DNA of 64,000 bases from Anaerovoracaceae bacterium (GCA_051883095.1 JBJETB010000094.1:25111-89110), one strand, 5' to 3'. Shown: positions 18,398 through 30,083, counted from the stretch's first letter. Translations and numbers: made by a program. Notes: generated by a model not told the origin, from the sequence alone.

Positions 18398-18847
18398 ATG
18401 AGAGCAGTAGTACAGAGAGTAACAGATGCAGATGTGTCTGTAGATAATAAAATTACCGGGGCAATAGGCAGAGGTTATGTGGTTCTGCTGGGTGTTGAGG
18501 ATGGAGACACAGAAGCCGACGCAGACTACATGGTGGAAAAGATAACAGGACTAAGGGTTTTTGAGGACAGCGAAGGTAAAATGAATCTTTCCATGATGGA
18601 TATAGGTGGAGAGCTTCTCAGTGTTTCACAGTTCACACTGCTGGCAGATGCCAGAAAAGGCAGAAGACCAAGTTTCGTTAAAGCTGCCAGACCAGACGAG
18701 GCCAAACGTCTGTACAGATATTTCAACGAAAAAGTGCGTGAGAAAGGAATTAAAGTAGGAGAAGGTGTTTTTCAGGCTGAAATGCTGGTAAGAATCAATA
18801 ATGACGGTCCCGTGACTATTTTACTGGACAGCAAAAAACTTTTCTAA
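18398..18847 (+). CDS. dtd: D-aminoacyl-tRNA deacylase
   Basis: 149 aa. Starts MRAVVQRV and carries the SQFTLLAD motif. Confidence 0.95.
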   Translation: MRAVVQRVTDADVSVDNKITGAIGRGYVVLLGVEDGDTEADADYMVEKITGLRVFEDSEGKMNLSMMDIGGELLSVSQFTLLADARKGRRPSFVKAARPDEAKRLYRYFNEKVREKGIKVGEGVFQAEMLVRINNDGPVTILLDSKKLF

Positions 18848-18860
18848 CAAAGGAACAGAA

Positions 18861-19481
18861 ATGAAAATAAAAAAATATTTGACAGGAATTATTACAGTAA
18901 ACACTTATCTTGTTTACGATGAAGATACTAAAGAAGGATTTATCGTAGATCCAGGGGCATATTGTCCACAGCTGACAAAAGATGCGAAGGATGAGGGAGT
19001 TAACATAAAATATATTATTTTAACCCATGGCCATGGAGACCACATCGGAGGTGTTGCAGAACATCTTAAAGATTTTCCTGATGCCAAGGTTATTGCATAC
19101 GAAGATGAGGCAGAAATGCTTGCAAACCCTGAATTTAACCTTTCAAAGGATTGCTGCAGACGCGAAATCAGCATGTCAGCGGATATTTATGTCAAAGACA
19201 GAGAGACAATGAAGGTAGGAAACATGGAACTTACCTTTATTCATACACCGGGACATACAAAGGGCGGTATGAGTATATATACCGACGGCCATCTGTTCAG
19301 CGGAGATACACTTTTTCGCATGTCCATAGGCAGAACAGATTTTTACGGCGGAGATTTCAGAGAGATAATCAACTCCATCAAGGACAGACTGTTCGTTTTC
19401 CCTGACGATACTGTAGTACTGCCGGGACATATGGGTTCTACAACTATAGGAGATGAAAAGAGAGGCAACCCTTTTGTATAA
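18861..19481 (+). CDS. MBL-fold metallo-hydrolase
   Basis: 206 aa with the THGHGDHIGG metal-binding motif. Confidence 0.85.
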   Translation: MKIKKYLTGIITVNTYLVYDEDTKEGFIVDPGAYCPQLTKDAKDEGVNIKYIILTHGHGDHIGGVAEHLKDFPDAKVIAYEDEAEMLANPEFNLSKDCCRREISMSADIYVKDRETMKVGNMELTFIHTPGHTKGGMSIYTDGHLFSGDTLFRMSIGRTDFYGGDFREIINSIKDRLFVFPDDTVVLPGHMGSTTIGDEKRGNPFV

Positions 19482-20877
19482 TTTTGTAATCAGAAACATT
19501 ACAAATAAGTATGATTTTACAGAGCTGATAAAAATCTTTCTTTCGCCGGATGAGTTCTCTGCATACACTGAGGAGGAGTTTGAGAACATATCACAGGATG
19601 AAAAATCATCAGGAGAGACAGTTTATTTCAACAACGAACTCTCCGAAGACAAGAATCTTATAAAGCGTGAAATTTACAGCTTTTTAAGCGATTTAACCGA
19701 AAAGATACCGCCATGGGGGATACTTACAGGTGTAAGACCGGTTAAACTTACCGGTGAGATTTTTGAAAGGACAGGAAACGAAAAGTCGGTAGTTAACGAG
19801 CTTTTAAACACATACCTTCTCAGCATAGAAAAGGCTGATCTTCTGATAGATACATACAAATATCAGCAGAAGGTATGCGGAAAAGCCGACCCTGCATCAG
19901 CGGGCGTGTATATAGGCATACCGTTCTGTCCTACGAGATGCCTTTACTGCTCCTTTACTTCAAATCAGGTGCCGGACAGTGAAATTGCCAGATATCTTGA
20001 GGCTCTGAAAAAGGAAATCGAATATACAGGCAGGAGAATGAGAGAAACGGGTCTCTGGCCCGAAAGCATATATATAGGAGGAGGGACTCCCACCACACTT
20101 AATGAATCACAGCTGGATGAGCTGCTCACTGCTGTGGAGGAGAATATGGACCTGAGCAGAACAGAAGAGTTTACCGTGGAAGCCGGGAGACCTGATACTA
20201 TAACCCTTGAGAAACTCGAGGTCATAAAAAAGCATGGCATTCAGAGAATCAGCATTAATCCTCAGTCAATGAAAGAAAAAACACTGGAGCTTATCGGCAG
20301 ATCACATAGCCCTGATGATATTGTGAAAGCTTTTCAAAAGTCAGATTCTGCAGGTATTTCAATAGTAAACGCAGACATCATTGCGGGACTGCCGGAAGAG
20401 GAGCCGGAAGATTTTGCTGAAACTCTGAGAAGAATACTGGAACTTGATCCTGAAAACATTACTGTTCATACTCTTGCAGTAAAAAGAGCCTCCAGACTGG
20501 TGGAGATGGATAAAGACTATCACTACAGGCAGGCTGCAAGAGTAAAAAAGATGCTCGAAATAAGTAAAGAGATGCTGGCAGAAGCAGGCTATAGGCCATA
20601 TTATCTTTATCGCCAGAAACATATGGCGGGAGCATTTGAAAATGTCGGCTATTGTAAGGAAGGTACTCCTTGCATATACAATATAAGAATAATTGAGGAA
20701 CGACAGACTGTGCTTGCTCTCGGTGCCGGAGGCATCAGCAAGATGTACTACCCGGAAGAGAACAGGCTTGAACGTGTTCCAAACGTATCAAATTATGAAA
20801 TCTATATTTCCAGACTGGATGAAATGCTGGATAGAAAAGAAAAAAATATTTTTATGGAGGTAGAAAAAGGATGTTAA
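19474..20877 (+). CDS. hemZ: Radical-SAM coproporphyrinogen-III-oxidase-like protein (HemZ/HemN family)
   Basis: Has the CPTRCLYC radical-SAM cluster motif. The TTG at 19474, about 8 nt after AAGAGAGG, is preferred. The alternative is the track ATG at 19453. Confidence 0.75.
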   Translation: MYNFVIRNITNKYDFTELIKIFLSPDEFSAYTEEEFENISQDEKSSGETVYFNNELSEDKNLIKREIYSFLSDLTEKIPPWGILTGVRPVKLTGEIFERTGNEKSVVNELLNTYLLSIEKADLLIDTYKYQQKVCGKADPASAGVYIGIPFCPTRCLYCSFTSNQVPDSEIARYLEALKKEIEYTGRRMRETGLWPESIYIGGGTPTTLNESQLDELLTAVEENMDLSRTEEFTVEAGRPDTITLEKLEVIKKHGIQRISINPQSMKEKTLELIGRSHSPDDIVKAFQKSDSAGISIVNADIIAGLPEEEPEDFAETLRRILELDPENITVHTLAVKRASRLVEMDKDYHYRQAARVKKMLEISKEMLAEAGYRPYYLYRQKHMAGAFENVGYCKEGTPCIYNIRIIEERQTVLALGAGGISKMYYPEENRLERVPNVSNYEIYISRLDEMLDRKEKNIFMEVEKGC

Positions 20878-22124
20878 CAAATGCACCAAAAGGAACTAAA
20901 GACATGATGCCTGATCAGGCGTACAAATGGCATTATGTAGAAAAAAAGTTCGCTGAAATCTGTGCAAGATACGGCTTTAAAGAAATCAGAACCCCGGTTT
21001 TCGAACATACCGAGCTTTTCCAGAGAGGAATAGGCGATACAACGGATGTTGTTCAGAAGGAAATGTATACATTTAAAGATCACGGCAACAGAAGCATCAC
21101 TCTTAAGCCGGAAGGAACTTCTCCTGCTGTAAGAGCTTTTATCGAACATAAACAGTATGCCGAGGTTCAGCCGATTAAATATTATTATGATATTCCGTGC
21201 TTCAGATACGAAAAGCCTCAGTCAGGCAGACTCAGACAGTTCCATCAGTTCGGTATCGAAACCTTCGGTACTCCTAACATGATGGCGGATGCTGAAATCA
21301 TCTGTCTCGGCTATGATTTCCTTATCGGTATGGGCATTAAGGACATAACTCTCAGAATCAACAGTGTAGGATGTCCGGAGTGCAGAAGAAAACACAGAGA
21401 AGCTCTCAGAGCATTCCTGGAACCTAAATATGATCAGCTGTGCGATACCTGTAAGGACAGATACGAGAGAAATCCTATGAGGATTATCGACTGCAAGTCA
21501 CCGATATGCCAGGAGCTGGTAAAGGGTGCACCTATGATGATTGACTATCTTTGTGATGACTGCAGAAATGCCTTTGAAGAACTCCAGCAGAACCTTACAG
21601 CTATGGAAATTCCTTTTGAAATTGACCCGACCATAGTAAGAGGTCTTGACTACTATACTAAAACAGCCTTTGAATTCGTTACAAACAGCCTCGGAGCACA
21701 AGGCACAGTATGCGGTGGAGGAAGATACGACCATCTGGTGGAAGAGGTTGGAGGTCCTCCAATCCCTGGAGTAGGTTTCGGCCTTGGCATTGAAAGACTT
21801 ATAATGCTCATGGAGGCTAACGGTGCAGAATTCCCTGAAGAAGAAGGGGTCGATGTTTTCATTGCTGTAATGGGTGACGCTGCTAAGGCATTCGGTCAGA
21901 AACTGGCAAGAGAATTCAGACAGAAGGGCCTCAATGTTCAGATGGATACTCTGGCAAGAAATATCAAAGGTCAGTTCAAATACGCAGACAGACTTAATGC
22001 TAGATATACAGTTGTAATCGGTGATAACGAACTGGCAGAAGGTGTTGTATCACTGAAGGATATGTCGAAGTCTGAGCAGAAACAGGTAAAATTTGAGGAT
22101 TTATACGAAGAGATTAGGAGATAG
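20871..22124 (+). CDS. hisS: Histidine--tRNA ligase
   Basis: 417 aa class-II aaRS. N-terminus PKGTKDMMPDQ and overall HisS character. Overlaps the hemZ stop by 7 nt. Confidence 0.95.
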   Translation: MLTNAPKGTKDMMPDQAYKWHYVEKKFAEICARYGFKEIRTPVFEHTELFQRGIGDTTDVVQKEMYTFKDHGNRSITLKPEGTSPAVRAFIEHKQYAEVQPIKYYYDIPCFRYEKPQSGRLRQFHQFGIETFGTPNMMADAEIICLGYDFLIGMGIKDITLRINSVGCPECRRKHREALRAFLEPKYDQLCDTCKDRYERNPMRIIDCKSPICQELVKGAPMMIDYLCDDCRNAFEELQQNLTAMEIPFEIDPTIVRGLDYYTKTAFEFVTNSLGAQGTVCGGGRYDHLVEEVGGPPIPGVGFGLGIERLIMLMEANGAEFPEEEGVDVFIAVMGDAAKAFGQKLAREFRQKGLNVQMDTLARNIKGQFKYADRLNARYTVVIGDNELAEGVVSLKDMSKSEQKQVKFEDLYEEIRR

Positions 22125-22129
22125 TTAAA

Positions 22130-23893
22130 TTGAGTACATTATTTAAAAGAACACATATGTGCGGAACTTTAAATATAAGCAACGTAGGTGATGAAGTTGT
22201 TCTCAACGGCTGGGTTGCCAAGAGAAGAAACCTGGGAGGCCTTATTTTCGTTGACCTTAGAGATAAGACAGGAATCGTACAGGTTACATTCGACGATAAG
22301 ATTCCACAGGAACTTTTTGACAGAGCCGATTCCCTCAGAAGCGAGTACGTTGTCGGTGTAAAGGGAAAGGTATGCGAAAGAAGTGCCAAAAATGCCAACA
22401 TAGCCACAGGTGAAGTTGAAGTTTTTGCAACTGACCTTGTAATATATTCAGAGGCTGACACACCGCCTATTTACATCAAAGACGACGATAATGTCGATGA
22501 TAATCTGAGACTTAAATATCGTTATCTCGACCTGAGAAAGACAAAAATGCAGAGAAATCTGACTTTCCGTCACCAGGTTACCAAACTGGCGAGAGATTAT
22601 TTTGACAGCTGCGGATTCACTGAAGTAGAGACCCCTATGCTTATAAAATCAACACCTGAGGGAGCTAGAGACTATATAGTACCAAGCAGAGTTTATCCGG
22701 GTTCTTTCTATGCACTGCCGCAGTCACCTCAGCTTTTCAAACAGCTTCTCATGGTTGGCGGAACTGACAGATATATGCAGATTGTAAAGTGTTTCAGAGA
22801 TGAAGACCTTCGTGCAGACAGACAGCCGGAATTCACTCAGATAGACCTGGAAATGTCTTTTGTGGACATGGACGATGTTATAGAAATCCAGGAAGGATTT
22901 TTAAAGAAGATATTTTCAGAGCTTATGGGTGTGGAAATTCAGACTCCGCTTCCTAGAATAACATGGGACGAGGCTATGGAAAGATATGGATCCGATAAAC
23001 CGGATACCAGATTCGGATTTGAGCTTAAAAAACTGAACGATATAGTCGCTGGATGTGAATTCAAAGTATTCACCGATGCACTGGCTGCAGGCGGTGATGT
23101 AAGAGGTATCTGCATAAACGGAGGAAGCGAAAAATTCAGCCGTAAGGATATAGACAAGCTTACTGAACAGGCAAAGGCATATGGTGCCAAGGGTCTTGTA
23201 TGGATAAGAGCAACCGAGGGAGAATACAACTCATCAGTAAATAAATTCTTCAGCCAGGAGCAGTTGGGTGAAATTTCAGCAGTATTCGAAGCAAAACCTG
23301 GAGATCTTATTCTGATCTGTTCGGATAAACCAAAGGTTGTATTTGACACCCTGGGTTTCCTGAGAAGAGAAATAGCAAGAAGAATGGGCCTTTTGGACGA
23401 CAAGCAGTATAATCTTCTGTGGGTAGTTGATTTTCCGATGTTTGAGGAAGACGATGAAACGGGAGAATTAAAGGCAATGCATCATCCGTTTACGTGTCCG
23501 AAACTGGATCAGGTACCGCTTCTTGATACTGACCCGGTAAGCGTAAAAGCTGATGCTTACGACATTGTTCTTAACGGTGTGGAACTGGGCGGAGGCTCCA
23601 TAAGAATACACGATAAGGAACTTCAGGCCAAGATGTTTGAGGTATTGGGACTTACAAAAGAAGAGTGTGAAGAAAAATTCGGGTTCCTCATTGAGGCATT
23701 TAAATACGGAGCACCTCCTCACGGAGGACTTGCATACGGCCTTGACAGACTGGTAATGCTCCTCCTTGGCGAGCAGTCTATAAGAGAAGTAATAGCTTTC
23801 CCTAAAAATCAGAATGCGCAGTGCCTCGTAAGTGAGGCACCTGCACCTGTAGATAATACGCAGCTTGATGAACTGGGAATCAGAACGAAATAG
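22130..23893 (+). CDS. aspS: Aspartate--tRNA ligase
   Basis: 587 aa. The TTG start lies 9 nt after AGGAG. The conserved RTHMCG N-terminus requires this start. Has the QSPQLFKQ and FRDEDLRADRQPEFTQ motifs. Confidence 0.95.
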   Translation: MSTLFKRTHMCGTLNISNVGDEVVLNGWVAKRRNLGGLIFVDLRDKTGIVQVTFDDKIPQELFDRADSLRSEYVVGVKGKVCERSAKNANIATGEVEVFATDLVIYSEADTPPIYIKDDDNVDDNLRLKYRYLDLRKTKMQRNLTFRHQVTKLARDYFDSCGFTEVETPMLIKSTPEGARDYIVPSRVYPGSFYALPQSPQLFKQLLMVGGTDRYMQIVKCFRDEDLRADRQPEFTQIDLEMSFVDMDDVIEIQEGFLKKIFSELMGVEIQTPLPRITWDEAMERYGSDKPDTRFGFELKKLNDIVAGCEFKVFTDALAAGGDVRGICINGGSEKFSRKDIDKLTEQAKAYGAKGLVWIRATEGEYNSSVNKFFSQEQLGEISAVFEAKPGDLILICSDKPKVVFDTLGFLRREIARRMGLLDDKQYNLLWVVDFPMFEEDDETGELKAMHHPFTCPKLDQVPLLDTDPVSVKADAYDIVLNGVELGGGSIRIHDKELQAKMFEVLGLTKEECEEKFGFLIEAFKYGAPPHGGLAYGLDRLVMLLLGEQSIREVIAFPKNQNAQCLVSEAPAPVDNTQLDELGIRTK

Positions 23894-23919
23894 TTTTCCA
23901 AAAGAAAGGGGCATTCCGG

Positions 23920-24576
23920 ATGTCAAAGAAATGCATAAACTGCAGTAAAAAGATTTCGTTTAATGTAAATCCAGCGAATCGCATCGGAATTCTGGGCGGG
24001 ACCTTTGATCCCGTTCATATAGGCCATATTTCATTGGGAACAGCGGCAATTTCGGAGGCAAATCTTGAAAAGCTGATTGTAATGCCGGCATATATTCAGC
24101 CATTTAAGCAGGAAAAACGTGTTACAGATGACGAGCATCGCCTTGCCATGGCAAAACTGGCCTTTGAAAAGGTCCCGAAGTCAGAGATTTCCACTCTTGA
24201 GATTGATCGTATGCGAGTTTCATACACCTTTGATACCCTGTCTGAGCTGAAAAAACAATACCCGGATAAAGAGCTTTTCTTCATTACGGGAACGGACTCA
24301 TTCATGCAGGTTGACAGCTGGTATAAAGGTGTTGAACTGCTGCAGAATTTTTCGTTCATCGTCAGCGTCAGACCGGGATACTGTGAAGATGAACTGCACG
24401 AAAAGATTAAATCATACCATGTTCTGTACGGTACTCAAGTAATTAAACTGGCAGCGCTGATGCCGGACATTTCATCCACAGATATCAGAGAAGCATACAG
24501 AAAGGGTGAGTCCATCTCACAGCTGGTTCCGTCGGATGTAGAAAGGTATATTAAGGATAATGGATTGTACGAGTGA
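23920..24576 (+). CDS. nadD: Nicotinate-nucleotide adenylyltransferase
   Basis: Has the GGTFDPVHIGH motif. Confidence 0.9.
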   Translation: MSKKCINCSKKISFNVNPANRIGILGGTFDPVHIGHISLGTAAISEANLEKLIVMPAYIQPFKQEKRVTDDEHRLAMAKLAFEKVPKSEISTLEIDRMRVSYTFDTLSELKKQYPDKELFFITGTDSFMQVDSWYKGVELLQNFSFIVSVRPGYCEDELHEKIKSYHVLYGTQVIKLAALMPDISSTDIREAYRKGESISQLVPSDVERYIKDNGLYE

Positions 24577-25162
24577 GATAAAACAGTATATAGATAACAA
24601 TTTTTCAGAAAAAAGGAAGGTACATACGGAAGGGGTCAGGACAACGGCTGTAAAACTCGCCAAAAAATACGGTGCAGATCCTGAAAAGGCTGAAATAGCA
24701 GCACTTTTTCACGATATGTACAGAGGCGTGGCACAGAATACCCTGAACTATTATGTGAAGCATCTTGGCCTGGACAGCAAATACGTTGACAATGCCAATC
24801 TGGCACACGGAAAGATAGCTGCTATCATAATGGAGAGAGATTTTGATATAACAGATCCTGACATCATAAATGCAGTTTCTTTCCACACTACGGGGAGGGC
24901 CGGCATGTCCACTCTGGAAAAAGTGGTTTATCTTGCGGATGCCATTGAACCTAACAGAATTTATCCCGGTGTGGATGAATTGAGACGGATGGCAGATGAA
25001 GATCTTGACAAGGCATGTCTGATGTCATTAAAAAGTACAGCCGAGTTTGTTATCTCAGCAGGAAAGTATCTTGATCAGGATACTGTCCGTGCCAAAGAGT
25101 ACCTGGAAGAAGTTTTAAAAGAAAAAGATATGAATAAACTGGAGGGAAAAAATGACGAATAG
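24560..25162 (+). CDS. yqeK: HD-domain protein YqeK (bis(5'-nucleosyl)-tetraphosphatase type)
   Basis: 200-aa HD-domain protein in the conserved nadD-yqeK-rsfS position. Confidence 0.85.
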   Translation: MDCTSEIKQYIDNNFSEKRKVHTEGVRTTAVKLAKKYGADPEKAEIAALFHDMYRGVAQNTLNYYVKHLGLDSKYVDNANLAHGKIAAIIMERDFDITDPDIINAVSFHTTGRAGMSTLEKVVYLADAIEPNRIYPGVDELRRMADEDLDKACLMSLKSTAEFVISAGKYLDQDTVRAKEYLEEVLKEKDMNKLEGKNDE

Positions 25163-25496
25163 AGAGTATGCGCTTCTGGCGGCTAAGACGCTGTCCGACA
25201 AGAAGGCGCAGGATATTGTAATCATCGATATTCAGGAAAAGGCAGCTTTTGCAGATTATTTTGTAATATGCTCCGGCACATCTGAGAGACAGATAAACTC
25301 ACTTATCGACGATGTTGAAGATGCCTTTGCAAAAGAAGGGCTTTTTGTTAAATCAATAGAGGGTAAAAACGGGTCAGGATGGGTTCTGATGGACTTTGGG
25401 GATGTTATCATAAACCTGTTCACCAAGGAAATGAGAGAAAAGTACAGTATAGAGAAAGTATGGGGAGACTGCCAATTCATTGAAGCGGAGGAATAA
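25152..25496 (+). CDS. rsfS: Ribosome silencing factor RsfS
   Basis: 114 aa. ADYFVICSGTSERQ is typical of the RsfS/iojap family. Confidence 0.9.
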   Translation: MTNREYALLAAKTLSDKKAQDIVIIDIQEKAAFADYFVICSGTSERQINSLIDDVEDAFAKEGLFVKSIEGKNGSGWVLMDFGDVIINLFTKEMREKYSIEKVWGDCQFIEAEE

Positions 25497-25504
25497 TATA
25501 AGAC

Positions 25505-27976
25505 ATGAATGAGAAGTATAATTTTAGCGAGATCGAGAAGAAATGGCAAAAGTATTGGGAAGACAACAAGGTTTTCAAGACCGTAGAGGATGACACCAAA
25601 GAGAAATTTTATTGTCTCGAGATGTTCCCATATCCGTCTGGAAAACTTCACATGGGCCATGTAAGAAACTATTCTATCGGCGATGTTGTTGCAAGATTTA
25701 AAAGGATGGACGGCTATAATGTTCTTCATCCTATGGGATGGGATTCCTTCGGCCTGCCGGCAGAAAACGCTGCTATAAAACATGGCATTCATCCAAGTAT
25801 CTGGACATGGGATAATATTGCTGAAATGCGCAAACAGCTCAAGGAGCTTGGACTTTCCTACGACTGGGACAGAGAGGTTGCCACATGCCACGAAGACTAT
25901 TACAAGTGGATGCAGTGGATTTTTATTCAGTTCTACAACAGAGGCCTCGCCTACAAGAAAGAGAATCCGGTAAACTGGTGTCCTAGCTGCCAGACTGTAC
26001 TTGCCAACGAACAGGTTGTGGACGGATGCTGTGAGAGATGTAAATCCCCTGTAGGAAAGAAGAACCTCTCTCAGTGGTATTTCAAAATTACAGATTATGC
26101 TGAAAGACTTCTCGACAATCTTGACACTCTTGACGGATGGCCTAACAAGGTTAAAGTTATGCAGAGAAACTGGATAGGCAAATCTGTAGGTGCTGAGGTT
26201 GAATTCAAGATTAAGGACTATGACGAAACTCTTACAGTTTTCACTACTCGTGTAGACACAATTTATGGTACTACTTATATGGTGCTTGCACCGGAGTATC
26301 CGTCAGTTCTTAAAATGGTCGAGGGCACAGAGTATGAACAGCCTGTAAAAGAATATATTGAAAAGGTTGAGCATATGAACGATATCGAGAGAACATCCAC
26401 CACCAACGAAAAGACCGGTGTTTTCATCGGTAAATATGCCATCAATCCTTTCACAAAGAAGGAAATTCCTATTTATATTTCCGACTATGTACTCATGGGA
26501 TATGGTACAGGAGCAGTAATGGGTGTACCTGCCCACGACCAGCGTGACTTCGAGTTTGCTACCAAATTCGGTATTGATATAATTCCTGTTGTTGACCCGG
26601 GCGATCCTGATATTGATCTCAACAATCTCAAGGAAGCCTGCGCCGCCGAGGGTACACTGATCAACTCCGGCGAGTTTAACGGTATGAACAACAAGGAAGC
26701 CATCGGTAAGTTTATTGAGATTGTAGAAGAGAGGGGAATCGGTAAGAAGACCACAAACTACAGACTCAGAGACTGGCTGATTTCCAGACAGAGATACTGG
26801 GGTACCCCGATTCCGATGATATACTGCGAAGATTGCGGATGGGTACCTGAAAAGGAAGAAAACCTTCCTGTACTTCTTCCTACCGATGTTGAATTTACAG
26901 GAAAAGGAGAGTCTCCGCTGACTACATCTAAAGTTTTTGCACATGCTGTATGCCCTAAATGCGGCAAGCCTGCAAGAAGAGAGATGGACACTATGGATAC
27001 TTTCCTGGATTCATCGTGGTATTTCCTTAGATACTGCGATCCAAAAAACACAGAAGCACCGTTTGATCCGGCCAAGGCAAACTACTGGATGAATGTTGAC
27101 CAGTATATCGGTGGCGTAGAGCATGCTATACTCCACCTTATGTACTCAAGATTCTTCCAGATGGCACTTTATGATATGGGACTTGTAGACTGCGAGGAAC
27201 CGTTCAAAAACCTTCTTACTCAGGGTATGGTTAACAAGGACGGAAAGAAGATGAGCAAATCTCTTGGAAACGTTGTAAGCCCAGAAGAAATCATAAAGAA
27301 ATACGGCGCAGATACGGCAAGACTCTTCATACTCTTTGCAGCACCTCCTGACAGAGAGCTTGACTGGTCTGATGCCGGCGTTGAGGGAAGCTATCGTTTC
27401 CTCAACAGAGTATACAGACTTGTATACGAATTTAAGAAAAAATACCCTGAGGTACCTGATGAATTTAAGGTAGAAGGACCTGCTGACAAGTCACTTAATT
27501 ACATGCTCAACGCAGCTATAAAGAAGGTAAGTGAGGATGTTGGAGGCAAATACAGCTTTAACACAGCCATAAGTTCGATTATGGAACTTGTAAACGAGAT
27601 GTACAAGTATAAAGAAGGCGAAAATGTGAACGCAGGCCTTCTGGGCAAAGCTGTTAAGGATCTCATTCTTATCCTGTCACCGTTTACACCGCATATCTGT
27701 GAAGAAATGTGGGAGCACATCGGACAGACCGAATCCGTGGTGAATATGCCATGGCCGGAATTCGATGAGTCAGCGCTTGTTAAAGATGAGGTGGAAATCG
27801 TAATTCAGGTTAACGGCAAGCTGAAGGATAAGATTTTCGCTGCCAACAATTCAGACAGGTCAGAACTTGAGAAGGCGGCTCTGGAAAACAAGAATATCCA
27901 GGCATTATTAGAAGGAAAAACAGTGGTTAAGGTAGTAGTGGTACCTAACAAACTGGTAAACATCGTAGTAAAATAG
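25505..27976 (+). CDS. leuS: Leucine--tRNA ligase
   Basis: 823 aa. Has a HIGH-type motif (HMGH) and KMSKS. Confidence 0.95.
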   Translation: MNEKYNFSEIEKKWQKYWEDNKVFKTVEDDTKEKFYCLEMFPYPSGKLHMGHVRNYSIGDVVARFKRMDGYNVLHPMGWDSFGLPAENAAIKHGIHPSIWTWDNIAEMRKQLKELGLSYDWDREVATCHEDYYKWMQWIFIQFYNRGLAYKKENPVNWCPSCQTVLANEQVVDGCCERCKSPVGKKNLSQWYFKITDYAERLLDNLDTLDGWPNKVKVMQRNWIGKSVGAEVEFKIKDYDETLTVFTTRVDTIYGTTYMVLAPEYPSVLKMVEGTEYEQPVKEYIEKVEHMNDIERTSTTNEKTGVFIGKYAINPFTKKEIPIYISDYVLMGYGTGAVMGVPAHDQRDFEFATKFGIDIIPVVDPGDPDIDLNNLKEACAAEGTLINSGEFNGMNNKEAIGKFIEIVEERGIGKKTTNYRLRDWLISRQRYWGTPIPMIYCEDCGWVPEKEENLPVLLPTDVEFTGKGESPLTTSKVFAHAVCPKCGKPARREMDTMDTFLDSSWYFLRYCDPKNTEAPFDPAKANYWMNVDQYIGGVEHAILHLMYSRFFQMALYDMGLVDCEEPFKNLLTQGMVNKDGKKMSKSLGNVVSPEEIIKKYGADTARLFILFAAPPDRELDWSDAGVEGSYRFLNRVYRLVYEFKKKYPEVPDEFKVEGPADKSLNYMLNAAIKKVSEDVGGKYSFNTAISSIMELVNEMYKYKEGENVNAGLLGKAVKDLILILSPFTPHICEEMWEHIGQTESVVNMPWPEFDESALVKDEVEIVIQVNGKLKDKIFAANNSDRSELEKAALENKNIQALLEGKTVVKVVVVPNKLVNIVVK

Positions 27977-28045
27977 CTTGAAAATTGAATAATGTGACGG
28001 CTGTCTTTTCATAAAATACAAAATCAAAAGGACGGAAAAAATTTT

Positions 28046-29725
28046 ATGAGAAGTAGACAAAAAACCAAGAAAGTACCTAGCCTGAAGGTAATACCCATAG
28101 GAGGACTTAACGAGATCGGCAAAAACATGACCCTCCTGGAGTATCAGAACGAGATTCTGATTATCGACTGCGGGCTTTCATTCCCGGACGACGAAATGTA
28201 CGGCATAGATATCGTCATTCCGGACTTCACTTATCTGATAGCCAACAGGGAAAAGATTGTAGGCATGGTGCTTACTCACGGTCACGAAGACCACATTGGT
28301 GCGATACCGTATTTACTGAAGAATATTAAAATTCCGATTTACGGTACCAGGCTGACACTGGGACTGGTGGAAAACAAGCTTAAAGAGCATAACGTCATAG
28401 GCGATTTAAGAACTATAAAAGCCGGTGACAAGATAACTCTCGGGCACTTTGATATTGAAACCATCAGGACGACCCATTCCATTGCCGACTCCATATGTCT
28501 GGCAATAAACACACCCGCAGGAGTGGTCTTTCATTCCGGAGACTTCAAAGTAGACTACACACCTGTAGACGGAGAGCCCATCGATTTCTCCAGACTTGCT
28601 GAAATCGGAAAACGTGGCGTTACACTGATGCTCTGCGACAGTACCAATGCCTTGAGACCGGGCTTTACCGCATCGGAAAGGGTGGTTGGACAGACCATAG
28701 AAAATATATTCAGAACAGCCAGGACGAGGATAATCATCGCAACTTTCTCATCCAATGTGCACAGGGTACAGAGGATAATTGAAAATGCAGTGAAGTTTGG
28801 ACGCAAAGTTGCAATTTCCGGCAGGAGCATGGAAAACGTTGTAGCTCTTGCCATTGAACTCGGCTATCTGGATATACCGCCGGGAACACTGGTTGATCTG
28901 AAGATGACCAAGAATATTCCCGACGACAAGCTTGTAATCATTACTACAGGCAGCCAGGGCGAGCCTATGAGCGCTCTTGCACGTATAGCTTCAGGTGATC
29001 ATAAATCTGTTAAGCTTAAAAAAGGTGATATGGTAATTCTTTCTTCAACGCCTGTACCAGGAAATGAAAAAACCGTATCAAATGTTGTAAATAAGCTCTT
29101 TGAAAAGGGCGCAGAAGTAATATATTCCGATATTGCTGATATCCACGTTTCCGGCCACGCGTGCCAGGAAGAACTGAAGCTTCTTCATTCCCTTATAAAA
29201 CCTAAATATTTCATGCCTGTACACGGTGAATACAGGCATCTGATTCAGCATGCACGACTGGCAGAAAGCCTGGGCATGCCGAAGGACAATATCTTTGTTA
29301 TGGAAAACGGTGAGATACTGAAGTTCAACAGACACAGGGCAGCTATAGAGGATACTACAGTAGAAGCAGATGCGATTCTCGTAGACGGTCTTGGAGTAGG
29401 AGATGTGGGAAACATCGTTCTGAGAGACAGAAAGATGCTCTCTGAATCAGGCCTTATAATAGTTGTGGCAGCAATAGAAAAGGAAAGCCACATGGTGGTA
29501 TCAGGACCGGATATCATATCCAGAGGTTTCGTGTATGTAAGAGAAAACGAAGGGCTCATGGAGGAGGCCAGAAGAGTGGCCATGGAAGCTTTGGAAAAAT
29601 GTCAGGACAAGAAAATCAAGGACTGGAATAATATGAAATCTCACGTTAGAGATTCCCTCAGCAGCTACATCTATGAAACTACAAAGCGCAGTCCTATAAT
29701 CCTGCCGATTTTCCTTGAAGTTTAG
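28046..29725 (+). CDS. rnj: Ribonuclease J
   Basis: 559 aa. Has the beta-lactamase/beta-CASP motif HGHEDHIGA. Confidence 0.9.
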   Translation: MRSRQKTKKVPSLKVIPIGGLNEIGKNMTLLEYQNEILIIDCGLSFPDDEMYGIDIVIPDFTYLIANREKIVGMVLTHGHEDHIGAIPYLLKNIKIPIYGTRLTLGLVENKLKEHNVIGDLRTIKAGDKITLGHFDIETIRTTHSIADSICLAINTPAGVVFHSGDFKVDYTPVDGEPIDFSRLAEIGKRGVTLMLCDSTNALRPGFTASERVVGQTIENIFRTARTRIIIATFSSNVHRVQRIIENAVKFGRKVAISGRSMENVVALAIELGYLDIPPGTLVDLKMTKNIPDDKLVIITTGSQGEPMSALARIASGDHKSVKLKKGDMVILSSTPVPGNEKTVSNVVNKLFEKGAEVIYSDIADIHVSGHACQEELKLLHSLIKPKYFMPVHGEYRHLIQHARLAESLGMPKDNIFVMENGEILKFNRHRAAIEDTTVEADAILVDGLGVGDVGNIVLRDRKMLSESGLIIVVAAIEKESHMVVSGPDIISRGFVYVRENEGLMEEARRVAMEALEKCQDKKIKDWNNMKSHVRDSLSSYIYETTKRSPIILPIFLEV

Positions 29726-29738
29726 AGGAGGTAGCAAC

Positions 29739-30080
29739 ATGAATGTTTATGATCAGGCTCACGGATTGGCTCAGGCCATCAAGGGGTCGGAAGAATTCAA
29801 ACAGTTCGACAGTTTCAAGAAACAGATAGACCAGAATGAGGAACTTGCTGCAATGATAAAGGATTTTCAGACCAAACAGCTTGAAATCCAGACCAAGACC
29901 ATGATGGGCGAACAGATGGGACCTGAAGATATGGCCTCTGTCCAGCAGCTTTATGCCATTATGGCCAAGGATCCCCTGGCAGCACAGTATCTGCAGGCTG
30001 AAATGCGTTTTTCCCTGATGATGAAAGACGTTTACGAAATCATCGGTGAGGCCATAGGAGCAGGCAGCCTTTTCGGATAG
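29739..30080 (+). CDS. YlbF/YmcA family regulatory protein
   Basis: The ATG at 29739 follows GGAGG. About 113 aa, helical, with a YlbF-like N-terminus MNVYDQAHGLAQAIKGSEEFKQF. Confidence 0.7.
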   Translation: MNVYDQAHGLAQAIKGSEEFKQFDSFKKQIDQNEELAAMIKDFQTKQLEIQTKTMMGEQMGPEDMASVQQLYAIMAKDPLAAQYLQAEMRFSLMMKDVYEIIGEAIGAGSLFG

Positions 30081-30083
30081 GGC

